Shown here one piece after another: positions 28,844-38,623 of a stretch of 64,000 bases of DNA. Below the pieces are notes generated by a model. It ran no database searches. It saw only the letters and a program-made list of their open reading frames with translations, and was not told the origin of the DNA. The position numbers and the translations under genes are program-made. Within the stretch, counting starts at the first letter, position 1; every line of letters starts with the position of its first letter. The stretch spans positions 512,001 through 576,000 of the forward strand of contig OZ245842.1 in NCBI GenBank assembly GCA_965228895.1, read 5' to 3'. This DNA is from Alphaproteobacteria bacterium. Its GTDB lineage: Bacteria > Pseudomonadota > Alphaproteobacteria > SP197.

Positions 28844-30433
28844 ATGGTGAACAGGAGTACAAGTATCGAGGCAACACGTCGTAACGTTTTGGCAGGTGGC
28901 GCGGCGGCAACGGCGGCCACGTTGGCCGGATCGGCTATCCTAAAACCCGGCGAAGCACAGGCCGATGAGCCGAAGCGCGGCGGCAGTTTTCGGATAGGCA
29001 GTGGACATGGGTCGTCGACCGACTCGACCGATCCGACGACCTACGAGAACGGCTTCACCACGCTGATGGCGTTGGGCGGCATACACAACTACCTCACCGC
29101 GATCGGACCGGATGGCCAGATGGAGGCCGAACTGGCGGAGGAGTGGACACCGAACGCCGATGCATCACAGTGGACCTTCAAGATCCGTCAAGGTGTCGAA
29201 TATCACAACGGCGGCACGGTTACCGCAGCCGATGCCAAGGCTGTGCTGGACCACCATCGCGGTCCGGATTCAACGTCCGGTGCGGCGGGCATTCTAAAGC
29301 TGATCACCGAGACAAAAGCCGATGGCGACATGCTGATCGTTACCTTGGACGGCCCCAATGCCGACTTTCCGATCATGATGTCCGACTATCACGTTCCGAT
29401 CACACCCATGCGCGACGACGGCACACCCGACCCGTCAGGAAACGGTGCGGGCAGTTACATTCTGCAGGAATACAATCCCGGCCAGAATGTGCTCATGACG
29501 CGTAATCCAAACTATTGGCGCAGCGACGTCGCCTGGGTCGACGAGGCCGAGATCTTCACCATTGCCGATCCCACAGCACGGCAGAACGCGCTCGCCTCCG
29601 GCCAGGTTAACTTGATCGATCGTGTTGACCCGAAGATCGCCGCCTTGCTTGGCGAAAACCCGAATGTTGCGATCGAATCAGTGCCGTCTACACTGCATTA
29701 CACGCTGCCGATGCGCACGGACACGGCGCCGTTTGACGACAACAATGTTCGCTTGGCCCTGAAACACGCGCTTAACCGCGATGATGTCGTTGACAAGATC
29801 CAACGGGGTTACGGCATGGCCGGCAACGATTCGCCGATCACGCCGGCCAACCGGTTCTACAACAGCGATCTCGCGCCGCTGGAATACGACCCGGAGAGAT
29901 CGAAATACTACTTGAAGCAGGCTGGTCTCGATTCCCTGTCCGTTGACCTTTCGACATCCGACGCGGCCTTCGTTGGCGCCGTTGACATGGCGGTCCTCTA
30001 CAAGGAACACGCGGCACCCGCCGGGATCGATATCAATGTCGTGCGCGAGTCACCGGACGGCTATTGGTCGGATGTCTGGATGCAGAAGCCGTGGTGCACA
30101 TGCTACTGGGGCGGCCGGCCGACGGAAGATTGGATGTTCTCGACAACCTATGCCTCGGACGCGCCGTGGAACGATACGTTCTGGTCGCATGAGCGCTTTG
30201 ACGAATTGCTGGTGATGGGCCGCGCCGAGACCGATGGCGACATGCGACGCGAGATCTATTGGGAGATGCAACAGATTCTGCAAGACGAAGGTGGCGTTGT
30301 TGTCGCCATGTTCGCCAACCACGTGGATGCGCGCAGCACCAATGTGGCGCACGGACCTCAGACTGCCGGTAACTGGGCGCTGGACGGCAGCCGCTGTATC
30401 CAGCGTTGGTGGTTGGAAGACCCGACCGCTTAG
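28844..30433 (+). CDS. ABC substrate-binding protein, DppA/OppA family 5, Tat signal (paralog of 935..2512)
   Basis: TRRNVL; AAGGAG RBS. Shares MRTDxAPFDxNxVRLALK and DGYWSDVW with the 935 protein. Confidence 0.88.
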   Translation: MVNRSTSIEATRRNVLAGGAAATAATLAGSAILKPGEAQADEPKRGGSFRIGSGHGSSTDSTDPTTYENGFTTLMALGGIHNYLTAIGPDGQMEAELAEEWTPNADASQWTFKIRQGVEYHNGGTVTAADAKAVLDHHRGPDSTSGAAGILKLITETKADGDMLIVTLDGPNADFPIMMSDYHVPITPMRDDGTPDPSGNGAGSYILQEYNPGQNVLMTRNPNYWRSDVAWVDEAEIFTIADPTARQNALASGQVNLIDRVDPKIAALLGENPNVAIESVPSTLHYTLPMRTDTAPFDDNNVRLALKHALNRDDVVDKIQRGYGMAGNDSPITPANRFYNSDLAPLEYDPERSKYYLKQAGLDSLSVDLSTSDAAFVGAVDMAVLYKEHAAPAGIDINVVRESPDGYWSDVWMQKPWCTCYWGGRPTEDWMFSTTYASDAPWNDTFWSHERFDELLVMGRAETDGDMRREIYWEMQQILQDEGGVVVAMFANHVDARSTNVAHGPQTAGNWALDGSRCIQRWWLEDPTA

Positions 30434-30442
30434 GCGCGTGAC

Positions 30443-30582
30443 CTAGAGCAGATCCTGTTTTGATGGAATCGCTTGGCGATGACATCAAGGCAGGTGGATC
30501 TGCTCTACTCATCGACAAAGAGCGGATTCACATGGTTGGATGGGACCGTCAAGCGGTTCCGTCCAACCATGATCCGCTCTAG
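30443..30582. repeat. Double-hairpin CTAGAGC-ended REP/RIME-like element
   Basis: CTAGAGCAGATCC..GGATCTGCTCTA plus AGAGCGGATTCACATGG..CCATGATCCGCTCTAG. Confidence 0.8.
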
Positions 30583-30992
30583 CCTTGAAAGCACCGGCCG
30601 TCTTCCTCAATGCTGACCGGTTTGGCGGTTTTGAACAAGGCAAGCTGTTTGCCATCTGCAACGAACATGGGGCAATCAGATCCGTAAAGGCGCTGCGCCA
30701 CCTTGATGCCTGCCATGACGTTGATGTCCGCATGACCGATGACGATCCCGGCCGGTCCGCAGCCACGGCGGAGCATGTCAGCGATGTTCCCGGGCGTGCC
30801 GCCTGATCCTCGAACCATCGGTACAATGAGGCATGTACCGCCAATGGCCTTGCCCACTTGCGGATGGCTCTGATCGATAATCAGGCCGCTCTCGTAGTCG
30901 ATGCCGCCCCAAAAGCTGATCGAGGTTTCGAGGACGAGAGCCGGCGCGTTGATCGTTCCCGCTATGACCGGCTTAAGGTCGATGACAGTCAT
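30579..30992 (-). CDS. Aconitase X small (swivel) subunit, DUF126
   Basis: ISFWGGID, HPQVG, RGSGG. Confidence 0.85.
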   Translation of the reverse strand: MTVIDLKPVIAGTINAPALVLETSISFWGGIDYESGLIIDQSHPQVGKAIGGTCLIVPMVRGSGGTPGNIADMLRRGCGPAGIVIGHADINVMAGIKVAQRLYGSDCPMFVADGKQLALFKTAKPVSIEEDGRCFQG

Positions 30993-32257
30993 GCCCCGAT
31001 CGCCATGTCCGGGTCCGTCCAGACTTCACCGCGAACGGCTGACTCAACACACTCGCGTAGGCTTCCGATGGTTGCCTGAAGTTTGAGTTCGCCCGGCGCA
31101 TAGTAAGCGAATTTGCCGGAGTTGGTCATGACGCGGCCGTCGAGTCCGTGGACGTTCGGGCGCCAATAAAGGCAGGTGTCGGCGACGGGGGTCACACCGG
31201 CGGATTTCAATGTCTCGATCCAGCCCTTTTCCCTGGCGCGTTCCAGCACGTATCGGTTCATTTGAATGTAGAAAAAAAGCCCCGCCTTGATCGACCGTCC
31301 CTCTATGAGTTTGGCGAGCAGGCCGACCTCGGCAAGCGAGGCATGGGGCGTACCGACGACGACCGCGTCGATCGTTCCTTTGTCGAACTGGGTGAGTTCC
31401 GCTTTCGCTGATTTCAAGAGTGAGATGGAAATCGTATCCCGTTTCACCGGTTCTCTGCCGCCGGTGGCGGTGTCCAGTGTCGGTGCTTCCGGTGTTAGGC
31501 CGACCGCGTGATACATCGCTACGCCGCCGGCTGCGGCACCGGTTGCACTGATCGCGCGTAGATTTTCAGGTGTCGCTTTTTGGGGAATACCAAGCAGAAC
31601 GGGAATGTCCATACCGGCCTTGCGTCCCATGGCATGACCAATCAGCTGGTAGGAGAGGTCGTCGGAGGCGAATGCCTCCGGGAGCGCTTCGATGTCCAGG
31701 ACCAGCGTTGCCCGGCGACCCTCGTCCGTGTGCAATCCCATGTAGGGGACCCGTCCGGTCAGCGCGGCGGCCATGTCGAGATAGTCGCCGTATTTCAGCG
31801 TGCGTGCGCCGACCACACTGTTGAAATAGGAAACTGCGTTTGATTCCGATACCGCAATGTGCGCGCCAGAGGTCGGGCGGCCGGGCAACTGATAGGGTGC
31901 GCAGGTAAGAGCCAGGCGGCAACCAATTTGTTTGTGCAGGTCCGTCAGCGCAATCGAGCGCTCGGCGGCCCATTGCCCGTACGTATCGGACCGCAGCTTC
32001 GGGTTGTCCGCATCGTACACGCTGACATTGGTGTAGGTCGGGACACTCACTGCGGCCTTGTTGTCGACGAGCCAGCGGAGCAGATCATAGTGCGGCTCAA
32101 TAGTGCCGAAGGTTGTGTTGACGTAGGCAGCCTCGATCTCCTGCAACCTTTCGGCCCCGTGCATGTCGCCGGCTTTGATGATCAGGCCGATGGCAAATTC
32201 GAGTGCCGGCCCGCGCCGTCCGTCGGCCATGGCCTGTTCGTCTTGCGACAGTCTCAT
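30989..32257 (-). CDS. Aconitase X large subunit, DUF521
   Basis: TCAPY, SESNAVSYFNSVVGART, GTPHAS, DTC, TNSGKFAYY. Confidence 0.88.
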   Translation of the reverse strand: MRLSQDEQAMADGRRGPALEFAIGLIIKAGDMHGAERLQEIEAAYVNTTFGTIEPHYDLLRWLVDNKAAVSVPTYTNVSVYDADNPKLRSDTYGQWAAERSIALTDLHKQIGCRLALTCAPYQLPGRPTSGAHIAVSESNAVSYFNSVVGARTLKYGDYLDMAAALTGRVPYMGLHTDEGRRATLVLDIEALPEAFASDDLSYQLIGHAMGRKAGMDIPVLLGIPQKATPENLRAISATGAAAGGVAMYHAVGLTPEAPTLDTATGGREPVKRDTISISLLKSAKAELTQFDKGTIDAVVVGTPHASLAEVGLLAKLIEGRSIKAGLFFYIQMNRYVLERAREKGWIETLKSAGVTPVADTCLYWRPNVHGLDGRVMTNSGKFAYYAPGELKLQATIGSLRECVESAVRGEVWTDPDMAIGA

Positions 32258-32300
32258 CTGTGCAGATCCTGCGGTCGGCCGCCGGGACTCTAGGTCGCGT

Positions 32301-33449
32301 TCAGGCCTTCATCGCGGCTTCGACAAGCCGGGCCAGATGCACCGTTCCGCCGTCCCAATAAGGCGAGAAGCGGCCACCGTCATAGGCCGGCGCCTGGCGG
32401 CCTTCCTGCAGGCGCCGGCAGATGCCTTCGTCCTCGCCATTCAGAGCGACGTAGTAGTCCATCAGATTCTTACGGGCCGCGGCGTGGGCGTCATCGGTCG
32501 CAGCCTCGCCGACAAAATGGGCGTGCACATCGACCCTGGTACGGTCGATCGCCAGGGGCACGACGTGCCAATGAAGCAGGTAGCTGGGGTGGATGCTGAT
32601 CATCCAGTTGGGAAAGAACACGCCGAAGAAGGAGAGGTTGATGAGTTCTTCGGTAAGGCCCGGAATCAGCGGCAGGTCTCCGCGCACCTGCTTGCCTGTA
32701 TCGGTCGACTGGAACTCCGAGAAGATGAAGGCGCCGCTGCCGACCGAGGACTTGCGCTGGTCGGGGGTCATCATGCTGTCGAGCGTCGGATGAACGGCAA
32801 ACACGTGGTAGGTATCGAGAAAGTTCTCGATGGTCAGTTTCCAGTTCGCATCGAAGGTACTGGAAACCGAACCGGCATACCGCATCGCTGACAGGTCATA
32901 GCCTTCAGCTTCCTTTTCCAACGGAGCGACATGGTCCGCGAAGGGACCGGCTTGGCCGTCGATGTTGACCAGGATCGCCCCGTTCCACGTCACCAAGGGA
33001 ACCGGAAACAGACCCTCACAGTCGTGGAGTGCTTCGTCGTCCTTGCTGGCGTGTGCACCGGGTCCGAAGAAATGAGCGCGCGATTTCAGCTTGCCGTCCA
33101 GATCAAACGTCCAGGCGTGATAGGGGCAGGTGATCATGGCGGTGCGGGCCTTATCCTCGGTCACAATGCGGGTGCCGCGATGGGGGCAGACATTCTGGAA
33201 CGCCTTGATGTCGCCTGATGCATTGCGCGTGAAGAAGATGGGAACGCCTGCGACTTCAGCCTGCGCCACCGAGCCTTTTTCGGGCACCATGCCCTCGACG
33301 CCGGCAAGAGCCCAGGTGCGTTGAAAAATACGCTGTTTCTCGAGCGCATAGTGAGCGGGGTCTACATAGTAGTCGTTGGGGAGACCGCGATCCGTCGGCG
33401 CTGGCCGTTGCCTGTTCCGTTCGGTGTCGCGGCGTTCAACAACCTTCAT
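32301..33449 (-). CDS. Rieske non-heme iron oxygenase alpha subunit (betaine N-demethylase/choline monooxygenase-like)
   Basis: CPHRG..CPYHAW Rieske motif; NWKLTIENFLDTYHVFAVH; ED. Start 33449 after GGAGG. Confidence 0.88.
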   Translation of the reverse strand: MKVVERRDTERNRQRPAPTDRGLPNDYYVDPAHYALEKQRIFQRTWALAGVEGMVPEKGSVAQAEVAGVPIFFTRNASGDIKAFQNVCPHRGTRIVTEDKARTAMITCPYHAWTFDLDGKLKSRAHFFGPGAHASKDDEALHDCEGLFPVPLVTWNGAILVNIDGQAGPFADHVAPLEKEAEGYDLSAMRYAGSVSSTFDANWKLTIENFLDTYHVFAVHPTLDSMMTPDQRKSSVGSGAFIFSEFQSTDTGKQVRGDLPLIPGLTEELINLSFFGVFFPNWMISIHPSYLLHWHVVPLAIDRTRVDVHAHFVGEAATDDAHAAARKNLMDYYVALNGEDEGICRRLQEGRQAPAYDGGRFSPYWDGGTVHLARLVEAAMKA

Positions 33450-33518
33450 GGATCCATCCTCCCGGTACCGAAGAGAGCGCATTTCAAGCATGGCAGGGGT
33501 GTGATCATTAGGCAATAA

Positions 33519-33537
33519 GATTTATCAGTAGTAAATC
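33519..33537. promoter_or_regulatory. Palindromic operator GATTTA-N7-TAAATC in divergent promoter
   Basis: Perfect 6-bp arms between the Rieske gene and the XRE regulator. Confidence 0.55.
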
Positions 33538-33559
33538 ATGTGTTTCTCTGTCGAGGGCC

Positions 33560-34321
33560 ATGGTTCAATGCGTCGCGCACAACCGGCAGTCCGCTGCAGG
33601 AGATAACCCAGGCATGCCTGCATCATCAGCCCCGAAGCGGGCACGTAAGGCCAAGACCAAGGCCAAAACTGCAGTTTCGGCAAAGGAAGACGACCTGGTA
33701 AGCGTCGCGGCGGAACGTCTCGACAGCCTTGATGAGTCACCGGATCTGAAATCGGCCGTTGGCCAGGAAGTGCGCTTTTGGCGCGACCAGCGTGGACTGA
33801 CCGGCGCCAAGCTGGCCAAGCTATCGGGTGTTTCCGCGGGCATGCTGACCAAGATCGAGAAAGGCGATGTGGCGCCATCGATCCAGACCCTGGTGAAGAT
33901 TTCCGAAGCCCTGGATGTGCCGGCATCGATGTTCTTTCACCGCCTGCAAAAGCGCCCCTATGTCTCTTTTGTGCCGGCCGGCAAGGGCCTGAAGACCGAC
34001 AGGCGGGGCACCCGCGGCAATCAGATCTACGAGTTGGTTGGCCACAACATCGGCCACACGATCGGGATCGAACCCTTCCTTGTGACGGTCGATGACCGGT
34101 CTGAACCGTTCCCCATGTTGCAGGAGGAAGGTTACAAGTTCCTCCACATGATGGAGGGCGAGGTCGTCTATCGCGTGGGTCAGCGGAAGTTTCCCCTGAA
34201 ACCCGGCGACAGCCTGACCTTTGACGCCATGGCGCCGCACGGCGTCGACAAACTGATCAAGGTTCCCGCGCACTGGCTTTCCATCGCCATCTTTCCGCGC
34301 TTCGAGCACAACGGGCGCTAG
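33560..34321 (+). CDS. XRE-family HTH regulator with cupin sensor domain
   Basis: LAKLSGVSAGMLTKIEKG..PSIQTL; LKPGDSLTFDAMAPH. Start may be 33614. Confidence 0.88.
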   Translation: MVQCVAHNRQSAAGDNPGMPASSAPKRARKAKTKAKTAVSAKEDDLVSVAAERLDSLDESPDLKSAVGQEVRFWRDQRGLTGAKLAKLSGVSAGMLTKIEKGDVAPSIQTLVKISEALDVPASMFFHRLQKRPYVSFVPAGKGLKTDRRGTRGNQIYELVGHNIGHTIGIEPFLVTVDDRSEPFPMLQEEGYKFLHMMEGEVVYRVGQRKFPLKPGDSLTFDAMAPHGVDKLIKVPAHWLSIAIFPRFEHNGR

Positions 34322-34456
34322 AGCAGATCCCTTTTTGATGGAATCGCTTTGCGATGCGATCAAGACGGGTGAATCTGCTCTATTCATAGAAAAGAGCGGA
34401 TTCACGTCGTTAGCTGGAACCGTTGCGCGGCTCCAGCCAACAACGATCCGCTCTAA
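34318..34456. repeat. Double-hairpin REP/RIME-like element between convergent genes
   Basis: CTAGAGCAGATCC..GAATCTGCTCTA..AGAGCGGATTCAC..GATCCGCTCTAA. Confidence 0.8.
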
Positions 34457-36438
34457 ATCTCGGAGGCGACTTCGAGGCCTTCCAGGACGGCTTCCTCTGC
34501 GGTGCGCGCGGCGAGGCAGTCGCCGATCATGTGGACGTCGCCTTCGTAACCTTCCAGTTCGTGTTCCAAGTCCTGCACGGGCACATGGCCCTGCGAAACA
34601 ATCAGCGTGTCCATTTCGTCCAGGATGATCGCCTCGCCGCTTGCCATGTGCTGGAAGTAGGCGCTGGTGGCATCGGCGCCGAAGAGGCGCGCCAGCGGCA
34701 CCAGGTCGACGCCCAGTTTGTGGAGCGTGCCCAGCCAGACATCGCGGGTGTAGCGCGGGATCATCTCGCCGGCGATGTGGCCGGTCGAGGCGAGACGGAC
34801 ATGACAGCCATCGCGCGCGAGCTTTTCGGCGAGACCTAGCCCGATCCAGTCGCAGCGCCAGTCGGCAATGACGACACGACGTCCTGTGTTGGCGCCCTGC
34901 AAAACCTGCCAGGGGTCGAGGACGTGGGCTTCGTCGATGCCGTCAAAATCCGGTCGATGAACCGTCGCGCCGGTGGCGATGATGACGGCGTCGGGCTGCT
35001 CGTCTTCGACCAAGGCGCGATCCACCTTCCGGCCTTTGACGACGCGGACACCGGTCAGCTCCATTTCGCGTGTGAGGTTGGTGACAATGCCGCCGAACTC
35101 CGCGCGAGCCGGCAACAACTGCGCCAGCAGGGCCTGTCCGCCCAGGCGATCGGAGGCCTCAAAGAGTGTGACATCGTGCCCCCGTTCGGCGGCGACGGCG
35201 GCGGCTTTCATGCCACCGGGACCGCCGCCCGCGATCAGCACTTTCCTGCGCTGCGCTGCCGGCCGGCGCTCTCCATAGGTCAGCTCGCGCCCGGTTTCGG
35301 GGTGCTGGATGCACGAGACGCCGAGGCCCCGGTGCATCCGATCGATGCAGGCTTGGTTACAGGCGATGCAGATACGGACGTCGTCCAGCCTGCCTTGCGT
35401 CACCTTGTCCGGCATGTCGGGGTCGCAGATCATGGCGCGGGTCATGCCGACGAGGTCGGCCTGCCCCGTGGCAAGCACCTGCTCGGCGGTCGGTGCATGG
35501 TTGATGCGTCCGACAGTGATCACCGGCTGTCTGACATGCTGTTTGAGGGCTGCGGCGAAGGGCGCGGTGAGCGCCATGTCGGTTCCCATCGGCGGCACGA
35601 TGAAGGTCGCGGCACCTATCTGGCGCGACGAGCCGGAGGTCACGTTGAAGTAGTCGAGCCCGCCGGCCGGACCCGCCGCACGGCAGATGTCGATGACATC
35701 GCCGGCTTCCAAACCATCGGTCGTGAATTCGTCGCCCGAGATGCGCATGCCCATCGCCATATCAGGGCCGATCCTGGTTCGCACGGCATCGACAATCTCG
35801 AGCAGGAGACGCATGCGGTTCTCGAACGATCCACCGTAGGCGTCGGTGCGCCGGTTGATCCGGGGGCTGAGGAACTGCGCGACGAGATAGCCGTGGCTGG
35901 CGGCGATCTCGACGCCATCCATGCCGGCTCTTTTGCAGCGTTCGGCCGCATCGGCATAAGCCGTGATGATTTCGCGGATCATCGACAGCGGCATTTCCCG
36001 GGCGGCGGTGTGGTAGCGTTCCGATGGCGCGACGGAAGGGCCATAGGCGACGGCGCGGCGGCCGTCTCGGCCGAAGGTCTGTTCCAACCCCAGGTGGAAG
36101 AGCTGGCCAAAGAGTGCGCAGCCGTGATGGTGGAGACGGTCGGCCAGACGCTGGAACGACGGTACGGCCCGATCGTCGCTGATGACCAGATGGGCGCTCT
36201 CAGCGACGGTGCTTTCGACAACCATGGCTGCTTCGGTGATGATGAGACCCGCGCCCCCCGCCGCCCGCGCCTCGTGATAGGCGAGCAGTCGGTCGCCGAC
36301 CTCATGGTTCTCCACCAGGCGCGTGCCGTGGCCCGAGGAGACGATGCGGTTGCGCAGGACCGCGTTGTTGATGGTGATCGGCGAGAGAAGGTGGGGGAAC
36401 TGTTCGGGGGCCTGGTTCATTTGGATTTGCCTCGGCAT
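34453..36438 (-). CDS. NADH:flavin oxidoreductase (OYE family with 4Fe-4S/FAD; StcD/DgcA-like)
   Basis: RNRIVSSGH, SHGYLVAQFLSP, YGGSFENR, CIACNQAC, GGGPGG. Confidence 0.85.
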   Translation of the reverse strand: MPRQIQMNQAPEQFPHLLSPITINNAVLRNRIVSSGHGTRLVENHEVGDRLLAYHEARAAGGAGLIITEAAMVVESTVAESAHLVISDDRAVPSFQRLADRLHHHGCALFGQLFHLGLEQTFGRDGRRAVAYGPSVAPSERYHTAAREMPLSMIREIITAYADAAERCKRAGMDGVEIAASHGYLVAQFLSPRINRRTDAYGGSFENRMRLLLEIVDAVRTRIGPDMAMGMRISGDEFTTDGLEAGDVIDICRAAGPAGGLDYFNVTSGSSRQIGAATFIVPPMGTDMALTAPFAAALKQHVRQPVITVGRINHAPTAEQVLATGQADLVGMTRAMICDPDMPDKVTQGRLDDVRICIACNQACIDRMHRGLGVSCIQHPETGRELTYGERRPAAQRRKVLIAGGGPGGMKAAAVAAERGHDVTLFEASDRLGGQALLAQLLPARAEFGGIVTNLTREMELTGVRVVKGRKVDRALVEDEQPDAVIIATGATVHRPDFDGIDEAHVLDPWQVLQGANTGRRVVIADWRCDWIGLGLAEKLARDGCHVRLASTGHIAGEMIPRYTRDVWLGTLHKLGVDLVPLARLFGADATSAYFQHMASGEAIILDEMDTLIVSQGHVPVQDLEHELEGYEGDVHMIGDCLAARTAEEAVLEGLEVASEI

Positions 36439-36467
36439 AGTCGTCTATCAAACGATGACAGCATGCT

Positions 36468-36503
36468 TGACTAAAAAGCAAGAATATTTACTATTACGAA
36501 ATC
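36468..36503. promoter_or_regulatory. Divergent promoter with operator-like box
   Basis: TTGACT and AT-rich spacer. TATTTACTATTACGAAATC matches the reverse complement of the 33519 box at 14 of 19 positions. Confidence 0.5.
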
Positions 36504-36548
36504 AATCACTTGTCGCGCCGGCGTAGACCGGCGTCCGGGTCTTGCCGC

Positions 36549-38621
36549 ATGAGCCGTGATCCCAGCCATGACGTCCTTTTTGAGCCGATTCAGATCGGAC
36601 CGGTGACTGCGCCCAACCGTTTTTACCAGACACCTCAGTGCAGCGGCATGGGCCGCAACCACCCGTCGCCCTGGATCAGGATGCGCGAGATCAAGGCCGA
36701 GGGCGGCTGGGGTGTGGTGTTCGCCGAACAGTGCGACATCCACCACAGCACCGATAACACGCGCAACGTGCGGCTATGGGATGAACAGGACATCCCCCTG
36801 CTGGCCAGCATGGTCAAGGCGGTACACGCCCATGGCAGTCTCGCCGGGCTGATGCTGGCGCATAACGGGTTCGTCACGCCCAACCTGATCGGCCGTGAGA
36901 TCCCGCTGGCGCCATCGTGCATCCCCTCTTTTGGTGTCGTTCCCAGCCATGCCCGTGCGCTCGACAAGGCCGATATCAAGACGCTTCGCAAGGTTCATCG
37001 CACCGCCGCGCGCAACGCCCAAAAGGCCGGGTTTGACATCATCAATGTCTACGCCGGTCACAACCTGGCGCTTCCCATGCATTTCCTCGCCCGTCGCTAC
37101 AACCAGCGCACGGACGAATATGGCGGCAGTCTCGAAAACCGCGTGCGGTTCCTGCGCGAACTGATCGAGGACACCAAGGATGCGGTGGGCGACACCTGTG
37201 CCGTGGGCGTGCGCCTATCCGTCGATGAGATGATGGGTCCTGGCGGTCTTACCTGCGAGGGCGAGGGCCGTGATGTCGTCGCCATGCTGGCGGACCTTCC
37301 CGATCTCTGGGACGTCAACGTGTCGTCCTGGGCGTGGGACTCGATCACCTCGCGGTTCGGCGAGGAAGGGTCGCAGGAAGACAAGGTATCGTTCGTCAAA
37401 CAGGTGACGAGCCGTCCCGTGGTCGGGGTCGGCCGGTTCACCAGCCCCGACACGATGGCATCGCAGATCAGACGCGGTGTTCTCGACATCATCGGCGCGG
37501 CGCGGCCGACCATTGCCGATCCCTTTCTGCCAAAGAAGATCGAGGAAGGAAGGCCTGAAGATGTTCGCGAGTGCATCGGCTGTAACATCTGCACCACGAA
37601 CAACTATCTGATGGCCCCGATCCGCTGCACCCAGAACCCGACCATGGGGGAGGAGTGGCGGCGCGGTTGGCATCCCGAACGCATGCCGGCAGCCGACACC
37701 GACGATCGCATCCTGATTGTCGGCAGCGGACCAGCCGGCCTGGAAGCTGCTCGCGCGCTGGGGCAGCGCGGATACCCCGTCATGCTGGCAGAGGGCCGTG
37801 ATGAACTGGGCGGCAGGATCAGCCGGGAGGCAAGACTACCGGGTCTTTCCGCCTGGGCGCGGGTGCGCGACTGGCGGCTGGGTCAGATTGCCAAGATGCC
37901 CCATGTGGAGGTCTATCCGGGCAGCACGATGACGCCGGCGGATGTTCAGGCGGCGGACTGCAGTCTGGTGGGTGTAGCGACAGGTGCGGTCTGGCGGCGT
38001 GATGGTATCGGACGTTATCACACGGCCCCCATTCCCGGTTCCGAGGCGGAGCATGTCTTTACGCCCGACGATATGATGGATGGGGCTAAACCGAACGGTC
38101 ATGTCGTGATCTGGGATGACGATCACTTCTATATGGCCGGCGTCATGGCGGAGGCTCTCGTCAATGTGGGGCACGAGGTCACGATCGTGACGCCCCAGGC
38201 GTCGACCGCGAGCTTCACCCAGTTCACCCTGGAACTTGATCATATCCATCGCAGATTGGCGCGGCTGGGCGTCGAGATCATGGGGTATCACGCCCTCGCG
38301 CAGATCAGTGAAGGCGAGGTGGTGGTGAAGAACGTGCACGGCGGACCGGAGCGGCCGCTTGCCTGCGACAGTGTTCTGATGGTGGCGGGCATGACGCCCA
38401 GCGATGGCCTTGTTCGTGAATTGGCGAACAGAAACGGCGGTCCGCGCGTGGTTGCCTTCGGCGATTGTCTGGCGCCCTCTATCATCGCCACGGCGGTTTA
38501 CGGTGGTCACCGTTTCGCACGCAATCTCACGATGAGCCTCGACGAAACGGCCGACTTCTTGCGCGAGGACGTAGCGATTGCTGATGGCGTCCCGGTCCGC
38601 CAGACAATGGCGGCGGATTGA
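36549..38621 (+). CDS. Trimethylamine/dimethylamine/histamine dehydrogenase family flavoprotein
   Basis: RDPSHDVLFEPIQIGP..NRFYQTPQC (candidate FMN-linking Cys), YAGH, CIGCNIC..CTQNPTMGEEWRRGWHPE. Confidence 0.87.
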   Translation: MSRDPSHDVLFEPIQIGPVTAPNRFYQTPQCSGMGRNHPSPWIRMREIKAEGGWGVVFAEQCDIHHSTDNTRNVRLWDEQDIPLLASMVKAVHAHGSLAGLMLAHNGFVTPNLIGREIPLAPSCIPSFGVVPSHARALDKADIKTLRKVHRTAARNAQKAGFDIINVYAGHNLALPMHFLARRYNQRTDEYGGSLENRVRFLRELIEDTKDAVGDTCAVGVRLSVDEMMGPGGLTCEGEGRDVVAMLADLPDLWDVNVSSWAWDSITSRFGEEGSQEDKVSFVKQVTSRPVVGVGRFTSPDTMASQIRRGVLDIIGAARPTIADPFLPKKIEEGRPEDVRECIGCNICTTNNYLMAPIRCTQNPTMGEEWRRGWHPERMPAADTDDRILIVGSGPAGLEAARALGQRGYPVMLAEGRDELGGRISREARLPGLSAWARVRDWRLGQIAKMPHVEVYPGSTMTPADVQAADCSLVGVATGAVWRRDGIGRYHTAPIPGSEAEHVFTPDDMMDGAKPNGHVVIWDDDHFYMAGVMAEALVNVGHEVTIVTPQASTASFTQFTLELDHIHRRLARLGVEIMGYHALAQISEGEVVVKNVHGGPERPLACDSVLMVAGMTPSDGLVRELANRNGGPRVVAFGDCLAPSIIATAVYGGHRFARNLTMSLDETADFLREDVAIADGVPVRQTMAAD

Positions 38622-38623
38622 CC

